Source: Candidatus Latescibacterota bacterium
GTDB taxonomy: Bacteria; Latescibacterota; UBA2968; GCA-2709665
NCBI GenBank assembly: GCA_965205485.1
Contig: OZ242180.1
Span: 1,312,001 to 1,376,000 of the forward strand
Direction: 5' to 3'
DNA length: 64,000 nucleotides
Position numbers and translations under genes: made by a program. Of this stretch, positions 37,112-46,678 are shown piece after piece. The notes under the pieces are model-generated. The model was not told the origin of the DNA. It saw nothing but the letters and a program-made list of their open reading frames with translations, and ran no database searches. Every line of letters begins with the position of its first letter. The first letter of the stretch is position 1.

Positions 37112-38905
37112 TCAGGAACCTTCCTGCGGGACCACTCGTACGGTAACGATGTCCATGCCGTGGTACTTCTGGTGCCTCACAGAAGAAGCGTAGTGTCGTA
37201 GAATTCGAAACGATAACTCGCTCTCGTCCGGGGTTTCCTCCTGTTCGCCGAGAAAAGCAAGGCGGTCTTCCAGGTTTTCTTCGTCGAAAACCGCTACGAA
37301 TTCCAGTTCCACGGCCTCGCCCTCGTTGCGGGCAACGACGATCAGACGCGGCACGCGGTCCGGAGAATATTCGTTTTCCGGCTCCAGCAGACTCACCAGA
37401 GTCTCCTCCCCCGCGGAGCGCAGGCGTCCGGTCGAGGCGGCGTCCCAACCCATCCGGCCTCCAACCTCTTCCAGAAACGCATCGATACGCGGCAAATCCG
37501 AAATATCCAGCCGGGCCTCCAGACGTCGGCGGCGCGGACGGGTCAGTTCAAGGAACGTCGTCAGTCCGATCGCTGTCGCCGTGCCCATGGTCATCCCGTT
37601 GCCGAGCAATGCGCCCCAGGGATTTCCCAGGATGCCCTCCAGGATATTCTGGTGTTGCATACCGAGGCCGATGGAGAATGCCAGCCCCGCAACGATGGCG
37701 TGTTGCAGGTCGAGGCCGGCCCGCGACAGGGTCTGAATTCCCTCAACGAAAAACATGCCGAGGGCGAACAGAAGAAAGCCGCCCATGACCGGGCCGGGAA
37801 TGGTGAGCAGGACACCCGTTACCTTCGGAAAGAAGGCCAGGACCACCAGAAGGCCGCCCATGGTATAGCCAACGTTGCGGGCGGATACCCCCGTCAGATT
37901 GATGAGCGAGGTCGAAAACGACGAATAGGTGCTCGTGGGTGGCGTACCGGCAATGCCGGACATCAGGATGCCAGCGCCGTTGGCATAGAGCGAGCCCTGG
38001 ATCAATCGAAAATCGGTCGCGCGAGGCCTGTTCCGCGCCGCCCGTTGGGCCACGACACCGTCGCTGATGCCCTTGATGGCCTGTACCAGGGTCACGATGA
38101 GAAACATGGGCAGCAGCGCCCAAAATCCCGCGTGCGGAGTCAGGTCCACGCCCGGAAAACCGCTTTCGGGGATTCCCACCCACGACGAACCGCTCAACCG
38201 CGCGAAATCGAATAGCCCGAACGGCGCGGCGGCCGCACAGCCCGCGGCGATTCCCCCCAGCAGAGACCACATTCGCAATGACGCGGGAGCCCGTAATATC
38301 AGCATCGTTGAAACAACCAGGGTTACCGCCGCAACACAGGGGCCCGCCGCTGCATGTGCGCTCTCCGGCACGCCTTTCAGCCGGTCGAGTGCAAACGGTA
38401 TGACCATGGCCGCGATCAGCATTTGAACCGTGCCGGAGACGACAGGCGTTATGATACGGCGCAGAAGCGGCAGCCATGTCCCCACTGCGACGTAGAATAA
38501 CGAGGAGACGACAACAAGCCCGGCCAGCATTGATGGACCGCCCTCCTCCAGGGCAAGGATCGAGACGGCGATGAAATTCGGGGTGACGCCCGTTATCAGC
38601 AGGTGGCCGCCGCCCAGCCGGCCGATCCTTGCGGCCTGTAAAGCGGTGGCCGCTCCGGTAAGGATCAGTGCCGCGAACACGGCCCACGACATGAATCGTT
38701 GATCCTGTCCGGCGGCAAGAACCGTAATGGCCACGACCAGCACAGTGGGCGTCAGCACAATCACGATACCCTGAATACCGACCCCGATTGCCAGAAGCAG
38801 GGGGCAGGACTGGTCTGTTTCGTAGCGGATTCTCTCGTTTGCAGGGGCAGGCATTAGAAGCGCCTCCCGTTCCGTCTCCGGGGGAACCGGGTGATCCTGT
38901 TGCAC
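37112..38905 (-). CDS. NCS2 (xanthine/uracil/vitamin C) permease with a C-terminal anti-sigma-kinase-like domain
   Basis: TALQAARIGRLG, RRIITPVVSG, FFPKV...TIPGPVMGG NCS2 motifs; about 140-aa soluble tail; start may be 38854. Confidence 0.82.
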   Translation of the reverse strand: MQQDHPVPPETEREALLMPAPANERIRYETDQSCPLLLAIGVGIQGIVIVLTPTVLVVAITVLAAGQDQRFMSWAVFAALILTGAATALQAARIGRLGGGHLLITGVTPNFIAVSILALEEGGPSMLAGLVVVSSLFYVAVGTWLPLLRRIITPVVSGTVQMLIAAMVIPFALDRLKGVPESAHAAAGPCVAAVTLVVSTMLILRAPASLRMWSLLGGIAAGCAAAAPFGLFDFARLSGSSWVGIPESGFPGVDLTPHAGFWALLPMFLIVTLVQAIKGISDGVVAQRAARNRPRATDFRLIQGSLYANGAGILMSGIAGTPPTSTYSSFSTSLINLTGVSARNVGYTMGGLLVVLAFFPKVTGVLLTIPGPVMGGFLLFALGMFFVEGIQTLSRAGLDLQHAIVAGLAFSIGLGMQHQNILEGILGNPWGALLGNGMTMGTATAIGLTTFLELTRPRRRRLEARLDISDLPRIDAFLEEVGGRMGWDAASTGRLRSAGEETLVSLLEPENEYSPDRVPRLIVVARNEGEAVELEFVAVFDEENLEDRLAFLGEQEETPDESELSFRILRHYASSVRHQKYHGMDIVTVRVVPQEGS

Positions 38906-38932
38906 GGTGAGGCTTCAAGATACAAAACGAAA

Positions 38933-39022
38933 AAGCCCTTTTAAAATCCTTTGCGGGTCGCCCGCGTGCCCACCGCTGGAATGCTCGCGCGCTGCCCGTA
39001 AATCGGAATTCTAAAAAGGCTT
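38933..39022. mobile_element. Short (90 bp) relative of MITE family 2
   Basis: AAGCCCTTTTAAAATCC...GGAATTCTAAAAAGGCTT, imperfect TIR resembling the family-2 ends. Confidence 0.5.
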
Positions 39023-39158
39023 CGTTGAGTTCACGGGCCGCCTGTTCCCACCCCCGTACTCAACTTCCCGTACCCGGCACCGCAAGATCGTGCCGGCGAT
39101 CGCAGATTTCGGACCCCCTCATCCTTTTCCGGGACGACCGGCAGGATGGGACCGATCG

Positions 39159-39440
39159 TTATTCCCGCTTATCGACAACCTCGCTAAGCTTCTCATCTGC
39201 CAGGCTGAACAGCCCTGCCAGGTACTGTTTGCGCAACAGGTTCAGTTCGTTAACCCGCTCCCAGAGCGCCTCCTCGATCCTCGCGGCCGCTTTTTCCCGC
39301 ACATCCGAAGAGAGGGTGTTGTCATTCCTGAATTCATACTTGTCGATCGTGAATTCAGCAATGTCGGAGATGTTGTCGCCAATGATCTGCATGTCAACCG
39401 CGCTCTGCATCGATCCGATTTTTTCTTCATCGCTGTTCAT
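39159..39440 (-). CDS. Hypothetical 93-aa acidic helical protein
   Basis: SD GGAG, plausible composition, co-oriented between the STAS and permease genes. Confidence 0.6.
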   Translation of the reverse strand: MNSDEEKIGSMQSAVDMQIIGDNISDIAEFTIDKYEFRNDNTLSSDVREKAAARIEEALWERVNELNLLRKQYLAGLFSLADEKLSEVVDKRE

Positions 39441-39508
39441 GGCTTCGCTCCGGTTCTTTTGGGTAGGTCTCCTGATTCACGAATGAATGAACGATTCCGG
39501 AATTCAAC

Positions 39509-39856
39509 TCAATTATCCTCGAACGCCTTGATTGCCTCTGCCTGTGACGCGTAAATGTCGATTATCTGATCGAAACCGCTGATGGTGATGACTTCACGGA
39601 CCGGATCGGTGAGCGTGCATACGCCGAATTGCTTTCCGGGGTCCTTGAATTTCCAGGCGATGATCACACCAACGCGGAGCCCCGCGCTGCTGATGAAAGT
39701 GACCTGCTCGAAATCCAGGATCAGAGCACTTTCTTCCGGGCCGATTCCAAACTCCAGCGTATCCTGAAGAACTTCGGCATTGTTGCCATCGATGCGACCC
39801 GCGAGGACTGCGATCAGGACTCCGTGCTTCCGCTCCCATGTAACGTCCAGATCCAT
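39509..39856 (-). CDS. STAS-domain anti-sigma factor antagonist (SpoIIAA/RsbV-like)
   Basis: LAGRID..NA, LILDFEQVTFISSAGLRV (phosphorylatable Ser), VREVITISGFDQII. Confidence 0.92.
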   Translation of the reverse strand: MDLDVTWERKHGVLIAVLAGRIDGNNAEVLQDTLEFGIGPEESALILDFEQVTFISSAGLRVGVIIAWKFKDPGKQFGVCTLTDPVREVITISGFDQIIDIYASQAEAIKAFEDN

Positions 39857-40402
39857 GACGATCCGTCCTCACTGCTGAAGTTCCCCGCATACCCGTTTCG
39901 CAGGCATTTTTCAGAGGACTCGGGACAGCGCCCGTCCGCGATGTCGGGTCGGCGCCGGCAGGCCGGGTTCAGGCATCGACTCCAAATTGAGTCCGAAGCC
40001 GACTCGATACAATTCAGAAAAACCGCCGGAGGACTTCCGGAGCAACTGGAACGGATAGAACCGTAACAGTGTGGTACCTGGGAGAACAAACCACGTCTCT
40101 GAAGCCAGTGACACAGAGACGGGCTCCGTCCTATAGAAAATTTAAAGGAATTATCACCAATCGCAACCCTGCGAGCCGTCATTTCGGGAATGGCGCCGCA
40201 GGGTACGTGGAGGGCACGGACGGAAGTCACGGGATGGGCATGGCATGGCGTGTTTTCCATAACAAACTCAACGCTAACTTCCCCATCGCTCCTGATTGTA
40301 CACGGAAAAAACACGAGCCCTGAGCGGACCTGGTAATCTACGATCCCTTCAGGGCTGAGGTCGACCGGTTGGAAGGCTGTTCCGCGCCGGGCTTGGGGGC
40401 GT

Positions 40403-41251
40403 TCAAGATCCCTGACACAATTCCGCTACCATCGCCGCATTTTCGCCCAGTTGATCGTTGAATTTCTGATACATCCCTACCAGAAGTATATCATTGGATT
40501 TGATATTGTTCAGCGTGAATGCGAACTCTTCGCGAATCTGGTTCCCGGAACCGATGGAACGTCCGGCCGCGAGGACTTTGAATGCAATACAGGGTTTGGC
40601 GGTATTCCTGATAATCCGACACATACGTTCGCGATGTTCGCGGAGGTAGATTTCACCAAGGGGCGGATGACCGAAGTTTCGTTCGAATTCCTTTTGTGCA
40701 CCCTCCAGATAATACAGGGCGGTCATGTAATAATCGATGTCCCAATCTTCGTCTTCGGCAATATCGATGATGCGGGGATTATGTACCGACAGGCCGACCA
40801 TGGTCCCGGTGCCACGAATGCGCTTGAGGATTTCCTGAAGATGTCCGAGGCGATTCTCCTTGAGACACCGCCCTGCGACCCCGCTTCCATGCGGCGCCAT
40901 TCCGATGGGTTCATGCCTGGCGGCTTCGTCGATCAGCGACGGATCCTCGTACCAGTTTCCGCCCCCGCTGAGACAGAAGTAATGGATCGCGCCTCCCTCG
41001 TCGCGGTATCGCCGAAGATCTGCGGCAGAACGTTCGGTAAGCGTATTTTGCCAGGCGTTTACGCCCACTTCTTCCGCGCGTCGGAGGGTCGCCATCACCT
41101 GGTCCGACGAATTGGCTTCTCTCTGATGCTCTGAGAGTAACTGATTGAAGTGCGAATACCCGTAGATCGGATTGTCGCCCATGATGAGCCGGCTGATCCG
41201 ATATCGTCCAAACGGGACCTTTGGAAGGTTTACCGCATTCAATTCGGACAC
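40403..41251 (-). CDS. Aldo/keto-reductase-like TIM-barrel protein
   Basis: LPKVPFGRYRISRLIMG.NP, IAFKVLAAGR motifs. Confidence 0.65.
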   Translation of the reverse strand: MSELNAVNLPKVPFGRYRISRLIMGDNPIYGYSHFNQLLSEHQREANSSDQVMATLRRAEEVGVNAWQNTLTERSAADLRRYRDEGGAIHYFCLSGGGNWYEDPSLIDEAARHEPIGMAPHGSGVAGRCLKENRLGHLQEILKRIRGTGTMVGLSVHNPRIIDIAEDEDWDIDYYMTALYYLEGAQKEFERNFGHPPLGEIYLREHRERMCRIIRNTAKPCIAFKVLAAGRSIGSGNQIREEFAFTLNNIKSNDILLVGMYQKFNDQLGENAAMVAELCQGS

Positions 41252-41479
41252 GCCTTATCCTCAATTCGAAAATGGCAAATTGACCACAAAAAGCACAAAA
41301 AGGACCGGTGCGAAACGGGGTATCGAGGTCGTTCATAAGGATGATATTTGCGTTCACGTCCGGTGACCAGATGTATCCTGGTAGTCCGCAGTTTAATCGC
41401 ATTTATCAGATTGCAAATATACGATTTAACGTCCCCGAAAAACGACGAGTCAAGGTTGCCTCCTCTGTCCTGCATCTCC

Positions 41480-42547
41480 TCAATCAAAAACAAGCACTGT
41501 TCGCGCGACTCTACCCTGGACCATATCTTCGAATGCCTCGTTGATCTCATCCAGAGGGCGGTAGCGGGATATCAACTCGTCCAGCTTGACCTTTCCCTGA
41601 CGGTACAGATCCAGAATCCAGAGGAAATCCACCCGGGCGCGGGCGGCACCGTGCCAGGAACCCATCACGGCGCGGTCCCGCAAGAGATCATCGCCGTCAA
41701 CGGAAACATCCTGGCCGGTGGGCTGCACCCCCACCATTACCGCGGTTCCACTGGTGCGGACCGATGCAAACGCCTGCCTGACCAGCGCCGGAAATCCAAC
41801 GACTTCAAAGGCATAGTCAGCGCCGCCGCCGGTGATCTCCAAGATCCGCTGTACGGGATCTTCGCTTCCGGCGTTGACGAAATGCGTGGCGCCGAACTGT
41901 TCCGCCAACTCCAGTTTGTAAGTTACCCGGTCCACGGCGATGATCTTTCCCGCCGATGCGAGCACACCGCCCTGGATGACGTTGAGGCCCACGCCCCCGC
42001 AGCCGAACACCGCCATTGTGGCGCCTGCTTCCACCTGTGCGCGATTGACCACGGCGCCGATACCGGTAATGACCGCGCAGCTGATCAGACACGCGCTGCG
42101 AAGGTTCGTGTCATCCGGCACCCTGACGCACGCATCCGCCGATACGATGGTCTGTTCGGTATACGTGGGCCTGTTGTGGAAATAGACCTTCCCGTTCCTG
42201 GAGATGCGACTCGGGATTTCGCCCTGATGGGTTTCGCAAAGCGCGGGGCTTCCCTCGCTGCAATTGCGGCAATGGCCGCACATAGCATCGAGTGAGAGGA
42301 TGATCCTGTCGCCGCATCCAACGCTGGTCACACCCGGGCCGACTTCCCTGACGATCCCAGCGCCCTCGTGTCCCATCACCCAGGGAAGCGCGCGAGGCGC
42401 GACATGCCCGTCGACGAGGTGATAGTCGCTGTGGCAAACCCCGGCGCCGACGATCTCGAGAAGCACTTCACCCTCGCGAGGAGGCGCGATTTCCACTTCT
42501 TCGACGGAGACGCGGGTCAGCGGTCTGTGGAGAACGGCGGCTTTCAT
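41480..42547 (-). CDS. Zn-dependent alcohol dehydrogenase
   Basis: GVCHSD, GHEGAG, CGHCRNC...C, GCGGVG. Confidence 0.93.
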   Translation of the reverse strand: MKAAVLHRPLTRVSVEEVEIAPPREGEVLLEIVGAGVCHSDYHLVDGHVAPRALPWVMGHEGAGIVREVGPGVTSVGCGDRIILSLDAMCGHCRNCSEGSPALCETHQGEIPSRISRNGKVYFHNRPTYTEQTIVSADACVRVPDDTNLRSACLISCAVITGIGAVVNRAQVEAGATMAVFGCGGVGLNVIQGGVLASAGKIIAVDRVTYKLELAEQFGATHFVNAGSEDPVQRILEITGGGADYAFEVVGFPALVRQAFASVRTSGTAVMVGVQPTGQDVSVDGDDLLRDRAVMGSWHGAARARVDFLWILDLYRQGKVKLDELISRYRPLDEINEAFEDMVQGRVARTVLVFD

Positions 42548-42634
42548 TTCTGTCTCTTTTCGCAAATGGCGCTGAAAAACAAGGCATTTTGGTGGATTGA
42601 CAGATGTGCTGAACTCAGGTCGATTACCGAAGGG

Positions 42635-43213
42635 TCAGCCAGTCTCGATGCCAATGCGGGCAAGGACGTCCGACCACCGTTTCGCATGGGTGTCGTGGGT
42701 GTGCAGGGGCCGGAAGCCGGCGGAGAGATAGCTCTTGATGGCCGGGACGCGCCAGTCGTCGGTCAACAGGTGGGCCTGGCGATAGCCCAGGTCTTTGAGC
42801 CGGTGGAGTACGGCCGCGTTGACAAGGTGTCCCAGGCCCTTGCCGCGCTGGCTTTCGTGTACGGCAACCATGTGCACTTCACCCACGATGCGTTCCGTCA
42901 GGTCCCGGCTCCAGGCGCACGCGGAACCCACAAGTCGGGAATCGAGTGTGGCGAAAAAGAGGCTGTCGGGATGAAACCGAGGATCGTTGACGAGTTTCTC
43001 ACGACACAATTCAGGCGTCCAGTCCCGTCCCACGTTGCCTTCCATGATTGCGCACCACCCCGCTTCGTCGCCGGACCGGTAGGTTCGCAGGCCATACCCT
43101 TCGGGGATCCGGACCTCCGGCAGGTCCTGCAGCGTATCCCTCTGCATTTCCAGCTGGGGCGACGGAGGCGGAGGCGGCTTGGCGTTCAAAAAGGAAAGTA
43201 CCCGGCGAAACAT
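42635..43213 (-). CDS. GNAT N-acetyltransferase
   Basis: VAVHESQRGKGLG acetyl-CoA motif, AIKSYLSAGF; start uncertain (ATG 43213 or GTG 43258). Confidence 0.85.
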   Translation of the reverse strand: MFRRVLSFLNAKPPPPPSPQLEMQRDTLQDLPEVRIPEGYGLRTYRSGDEAGWCAIMEGNVGRDWTPELCREKLVNDPRFHPDSLFFATLDSRLVGSACAWSRDLTERIVGEVHMVAVHESQRGKGLGHLVNAAVLHRLKDLGYRQAHLLTDDWRVPAIKSYLSAGFRPLHTHDTHAKRWSDVLARIGIETG

Positions 43214-43681
43214 GGCTTGTTTCTCGTCAGAAAACCGTGGCAGGAACCGGACGCACACCGGACAGACGCTTTCAACGGTCTGTCAGGGGACAACTAGTGT
43301 TCTGTCCCGGAAATAAGTTGCCTGAATTCGACCGCCGAGTCGCCCGGCTCGCGAGGCGCCTGAGCGCAGCCGACCTGCGTATGGTCGGCGAGCGAGGGGA
43401 ACGTAGCGAGACGGGATGAATCGCCGGTCGAATGGTGAGGAATTTTTGGGACAGGACACTATCGATCGTCGTCGACGAATTCGCGATTGGCGCATCTCAC
43501 TTCAATCGCACTCCGTACTGAGCGACAATATGAGCGACATCGCGGTCTGTGTCAACGGATATTCGCCCGTTCGAGCCGTGAATCGGCGGCCCGGATTCCC
43601 GCGTTCAGGGCTGGATTGTCGCCCCCAAACGGACCTCGCAATCGCACGCAGAAATATGCGTGTTGATTGTTCTGGAATGGC

Positions 43682-43710
43682 TTGACATTTAACAATCCTT
43701 ATGATATACT
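43682..43710 (+). promoter_or_regulatory. Near-consensus sigma70 promoter of the nuo-mrp operon
   Basis: TTGACA-17 nt-TATACT with a TGn extended -10. Confidence 0.75.
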
Positions 43711-43766
43711 AACACCGCCGAAAAGCGGTCGTCGGAAGAAGTACTATTCCAGAACTGCTTTTTTAG

Positions 43767-43926
43767 CAGTCCGTTGATAAAGTCGCTCCGCAGGCGAGGC
43801 CGAGCCATTGTGGCCGAAGACAAGGCGCGCAACCGAGTCCCATCCTGCGATTCGGCGAGGGCGCGCAACGCAGTATTTCGACCGCAAGGGCCGGCCGTAG
43901 CCCGGATGGACTTTTTCAACGGGCTG
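43767..43926 (+). mobile_element. MITE family 1, copy 3 (160 bp), in the predicted nuoA 5' UTR
   Basis: Same TIRs as the other copies; flanked by TTAG on both sides (possible target-site duplication). Confidence 0.87.
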
Positions 43927-43953
43927 TTAGCCCGCGAGAGGTCCAGGGACACG

Positions 43954-44319
43954 ATGCTGGTCGATTATCTTCCGATTGTTATTCTGATGGCAGTTGCCGT
44001 CGGGTTTGCAGCCGTCAGTTTAATCATTACGCATCTGTTCGGACCCCGCCGTCCCAACCCGGTGAAATTGTCGCCGTACGAGTCGGGCGTTCCTCCCGTG
44101 GGCGACGCCAGGCTGAGGTTTTCTGTCAAGTTCTACGTTGTGGCGATGCTGTTTATCGTCTTCGATATCGAAGTCGTTTTTCTATACCCCTGGGCCGTTG
44201 TCTTCAAGGATCTGCTGGCCCAGGGGAGCTTTGTTTTTACGGAAATGGCGGTGTTCCTCGGGGTCCTGGTTCTCGGGCTCGCGTATGTCTGGCGGAAGGG
44301 CGGGCTGGATTGGGACTGA
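43954..44319 (+). CDS. nuoA: NADH-quinone oxidoreductase subunit A
   Basis: [43 protein letters not shown]. Confidence 0.96.
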   Translation: MLVDYLPIVILMAVAVGFAAVSLIITHLFGPRRPNPVKLSPYESGVPPVGDARLRFSVKFYVVAMLFIVFDIEVVFLYPWAVVFKDLLAQGSFVFTEMAVFLGVLVLGLAYVWRKGGLDWD

Positions 44320-44375
44320 GGTCGGAAGCGACCGAAAAACAAACTTTCATCGACCGGCGAAGATTGGGCCGGACC

Positions 44376-46148
44376 ATGCCCATGGAAACGAAGAACGGGA
44401 CGCCGATTGCGCACATGAACGCTGACAACCTGACTTCGAAGAAGCTGGCGGAACGGTTCGGCGAAGACGTCCTCGAGGTTTCGGATTTTCGCGGCGACTG
44501 GGTGGCGGTCTGCGAGGCGGACCGGGTGTCGGATATGCTGGCCTTTCTGCGGGACGATCCGGACCTGGCGTTCGACCGTCTGTCGGATGTGACGGCGGTC
44601 GATTATTCCGAGTATCCGGGACCGCATCCGGGCACCCGGTTCAACGTGGTCTATCATCTATATTCCCACCTTCACAACCACCGGTTCAGGCTCAGGGCGA
44701 AGGTGGATGAAGAAACCTGCTGCATCCCGTCCGCGTGCGGGTTGTGGAAGGGGGCCGAGTGGCCGGAGCGTGAAGCCTACGATATGTTCGGCATCCGGTT
44801 CGAGGGGCATCCGGATTTACGGCGCATATTGATGCCGGTGAATTTCAAATACCATCCGCTGAGAAAGGACTACCCGGTAAACGGCCGCGGAGAACGGGAC
44901 GTCATCGCGCCGGAAGATCCCGGGTTCGAGGGCAATCCCTTCGAGGGCGACGATTCGCCCGACAGCGACCCGCTGGCATCGGAACGCATGGTCCTGAATC
45001 TTGGACCCCAGCATCCGGCAACCCATGGAACGCTGCGGCTCACGCTCGAACTGGAAGGCGAGCGCATCTCCAGGTGCATTCCGGACATCGGCTACCTGCA
45101 TACCGGCTTTGAAAAACTGGGTGAACACCATACCTACAACCAGTGGGTCACGGTGACCGACCGGATGAACTACCTTTCGCCGTTGTGCAATAACATCGGT
45201 TTTGCGATGACGGTGGAAGAACTGATGGGCCTGGAAATCCCGCCGCGCGCCACGGTAATCCGCGTCATCCTGTCGGAGCTTTCGCGCATCGCGGACCATA
45301 TGGTCTGGCTGGGCACGCACGCGCTGGATATCGGCGCGATGACAGTGTTCCTGTACACCTTCGAACAACGTGAACGCCTTTACGATATCTTCGAGGCCGT
45401 CACGGGGACCCGTTTGACCACGAGTTATACGCGGGTCGGAGGTCTGGGCTGGGACGTGCCCGACAATTTCCACGAACTGGTAACGGACTTCACGGCGCAA
45501 TTCCCCAGGGCGGCAGGGGAGGTGGACAGGCTGTTGACCCGAAACAGGATCTGGATCGACCGTACCAAGGGAATCGGCGTGATTTCGGCCGAAGACGCCA
45601 TCGCGTGGAACATGACGGGGCCGATGGCGCGCGGGTCGGGCGTGAACTACGATTTGCGGAAGGCCGAACCCTATCTGGGCTACGAGGAGTATGACTTCGA
45701 TGTTCCCGTGGGCGAGAAGGGCGATGTATACGACCGCTACCTCGTCCGGATGGAGGAATTGAACCAGAGCATCCGGATCGTCGAACAGGCGGTGAACAAC
45801 CTGCCCGGAGGCCCCGTCAAGGTCGACGACGCCAAGGTCATCCTTCCCGAGAAGGACGACGTGTATACCGGCATGGAATCGCTGATCCACCACTTCAAGG
45901 TAACGATGGACGATCACGGAATCGCGCCGCCCCCCGGAGAGATCTACGTGGCTACGGAGAGCCCCAACGGTGAATTGGGCTTCTATATTGTCAGCGACGG
46001 AAGCGGCGCAGCCTACCGGCTCCGGGTACGGCCCCCGTCGTTCATGAATTACCAGTGTTTCCCGCAACTGGCGAACGGGCATATGGTGGCCGACGTCGTG
46101 GCCATTCTGGGAAGCATTAACGTCATCGCGGGAGAGCTGGATCGATGA
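44376..46148 (+). CDS. nuoCD: Fused NADH-quinone oxidoreductase subunit C/D
   Basis: NuoC part ([30 protein letters not shown]) and NuoD part ([24 protein letters not shown]) in one frame; exact start uncertain. Confidence 0.95.
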   Translation: MPMETKNGTPIAHMNADNLTSKKLAERFGEDVLEVSDFRGDWVAVCEADRVSDMLAFLRDDPDLAFDRLSDVTAVDYSEYPGPHPGTRFNVVYHLYSHLHNHRFRLRAKVDEETCCIPSACGLWKGAEWPEREAYDMFGIRFEGHPDLRRILMPVNFKYHPLRKDYPVNGRGERDVIAPEDPGFEGNPFEGDDSPDSDPLASERMVLNLGPQHPATHGTLRLTLELEGERISRCIPDIGYLHTGFEKLGEHHTYNQWVTVTDRMNYLSPLCNNIGFAMTVEELMGLEIPPRATVIRVILSELSRIADHMVWLGTHALDIGAMTVFLYTFEQRERLYDIFEAVTGTRLTTSYTRVGGLGWDVPDNFHELVTDFTAQFPRAAGEVDRLLTRNRIWIDRTKGIGVISAEDAIAWNMTGPMARGSGVNYDLRKAEPYLGYEEYDFDVPVGEKGDVYDRYLVRMEELNQSIRIVEQAVNNLPGGPVKVDDAKVILPEKDDVYTGMESLIHHFKVTMDDHGIAPPPGEIYVATESPNGELGFYIVSDGSGAAYRLRVRPPSFMNYQCFPQLANGHMVADVVAILGSINVIAGELDR

Positions 46149-46178
46149 CCGCGACATCATCTTCACGGGCACACAGAA

Positions 46179-46658
46179 ATGGCGATCGCACTGTCTGAAA
46201 AGACACGGGAGAAGTGTGAGAAGTTAATCACGCACTATCCGCCGGAGTGGCGCAAGGCGGCAATCCTTCCGGTTCTGCACCTTGCGCAGAAGGAGTGGGG
46301 GTATATATCTCTGGAAGGACTGAGATACGTCGCGGAACTTCTGGAAATCCCGCCCGCCCATGCAGCGGGCGTGATGAGCTTCTATCCCATGTTCCACAAG
46401 GCGCCCGTAGGGAAATACGTCATTCACGTGTGCGGAACGCTGTCCTGTGCGCTCTGCGGGGCCCGAGAAATCACGAAGCACCTGAAGGAAAAGCTGAAAA
46501 TCGACGTGGGCGAAACCACCGCGGACGGACGATTCACGCTGGCCAAGGTGGAATGCATCGCGGCCTGCGAGGGTGCGCCGGCGGTACTGATCAACGAGGA
46601 TCTGCATCGCTGCGTGACACGGGAGAAGCTGGACCGTCTCCTTGACGGGTGCGCGTGA
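46179..46658 (+). CDS. nuoE: NADH-quinone oxidoreductase subunit E
   Basis: SFYPMF, VCGTLSC...ECIAAC (2Fe-2S). Confidence 0.95.
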   Translation: MAIALSEKTREKCEKLITHYPPEWRKAAILPVLHLAQKEWGYISLEGLRYVAELLEIPPAHAAGVMSFYPMFHKAPVGKYVIHVCGTLSCALCGAREITKHLKEKLKIDVGETTADGRFTLAKVECIAACEGAPAVLINEDLHRCVTREKLDRLLDGCA

Positions 46659-46678
46659 AACAGAACGATTGAGCGGAT

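Noticed and set aside
43261..43284. GACAGAC...TTTCAACGGTCTGTC hairpin resembling a MITE-1 end
   Set aside because: Too short to distinguish from chance; it could be a scar but cannot be supported.
43214..43495. TGA readthrough/selenocysteine joining the 70-aa ORF to the GNAT gene
   Set aside because: The upstream peptide is low-complexity and Arg-rich, no SECIS-like element was recognised, and the GNAT domain is complete without it.
43774..43953. N-terminal extension of NuoA in the ORF track (similar ones for NuoJ from 50788 and the OMF from 6474)
   Set aside because: The NuoA and NuoJ extensions are translated MITE sequence; the OMF extension precedes the lipoprotein signal. Better starts exist downstream.
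44817..46172. 451-aa - strand ORF as a possible hidden nuoB/nuoI
   Set aside because: Antisense to nuoCD and lacks Fe-S cysteine motifs.
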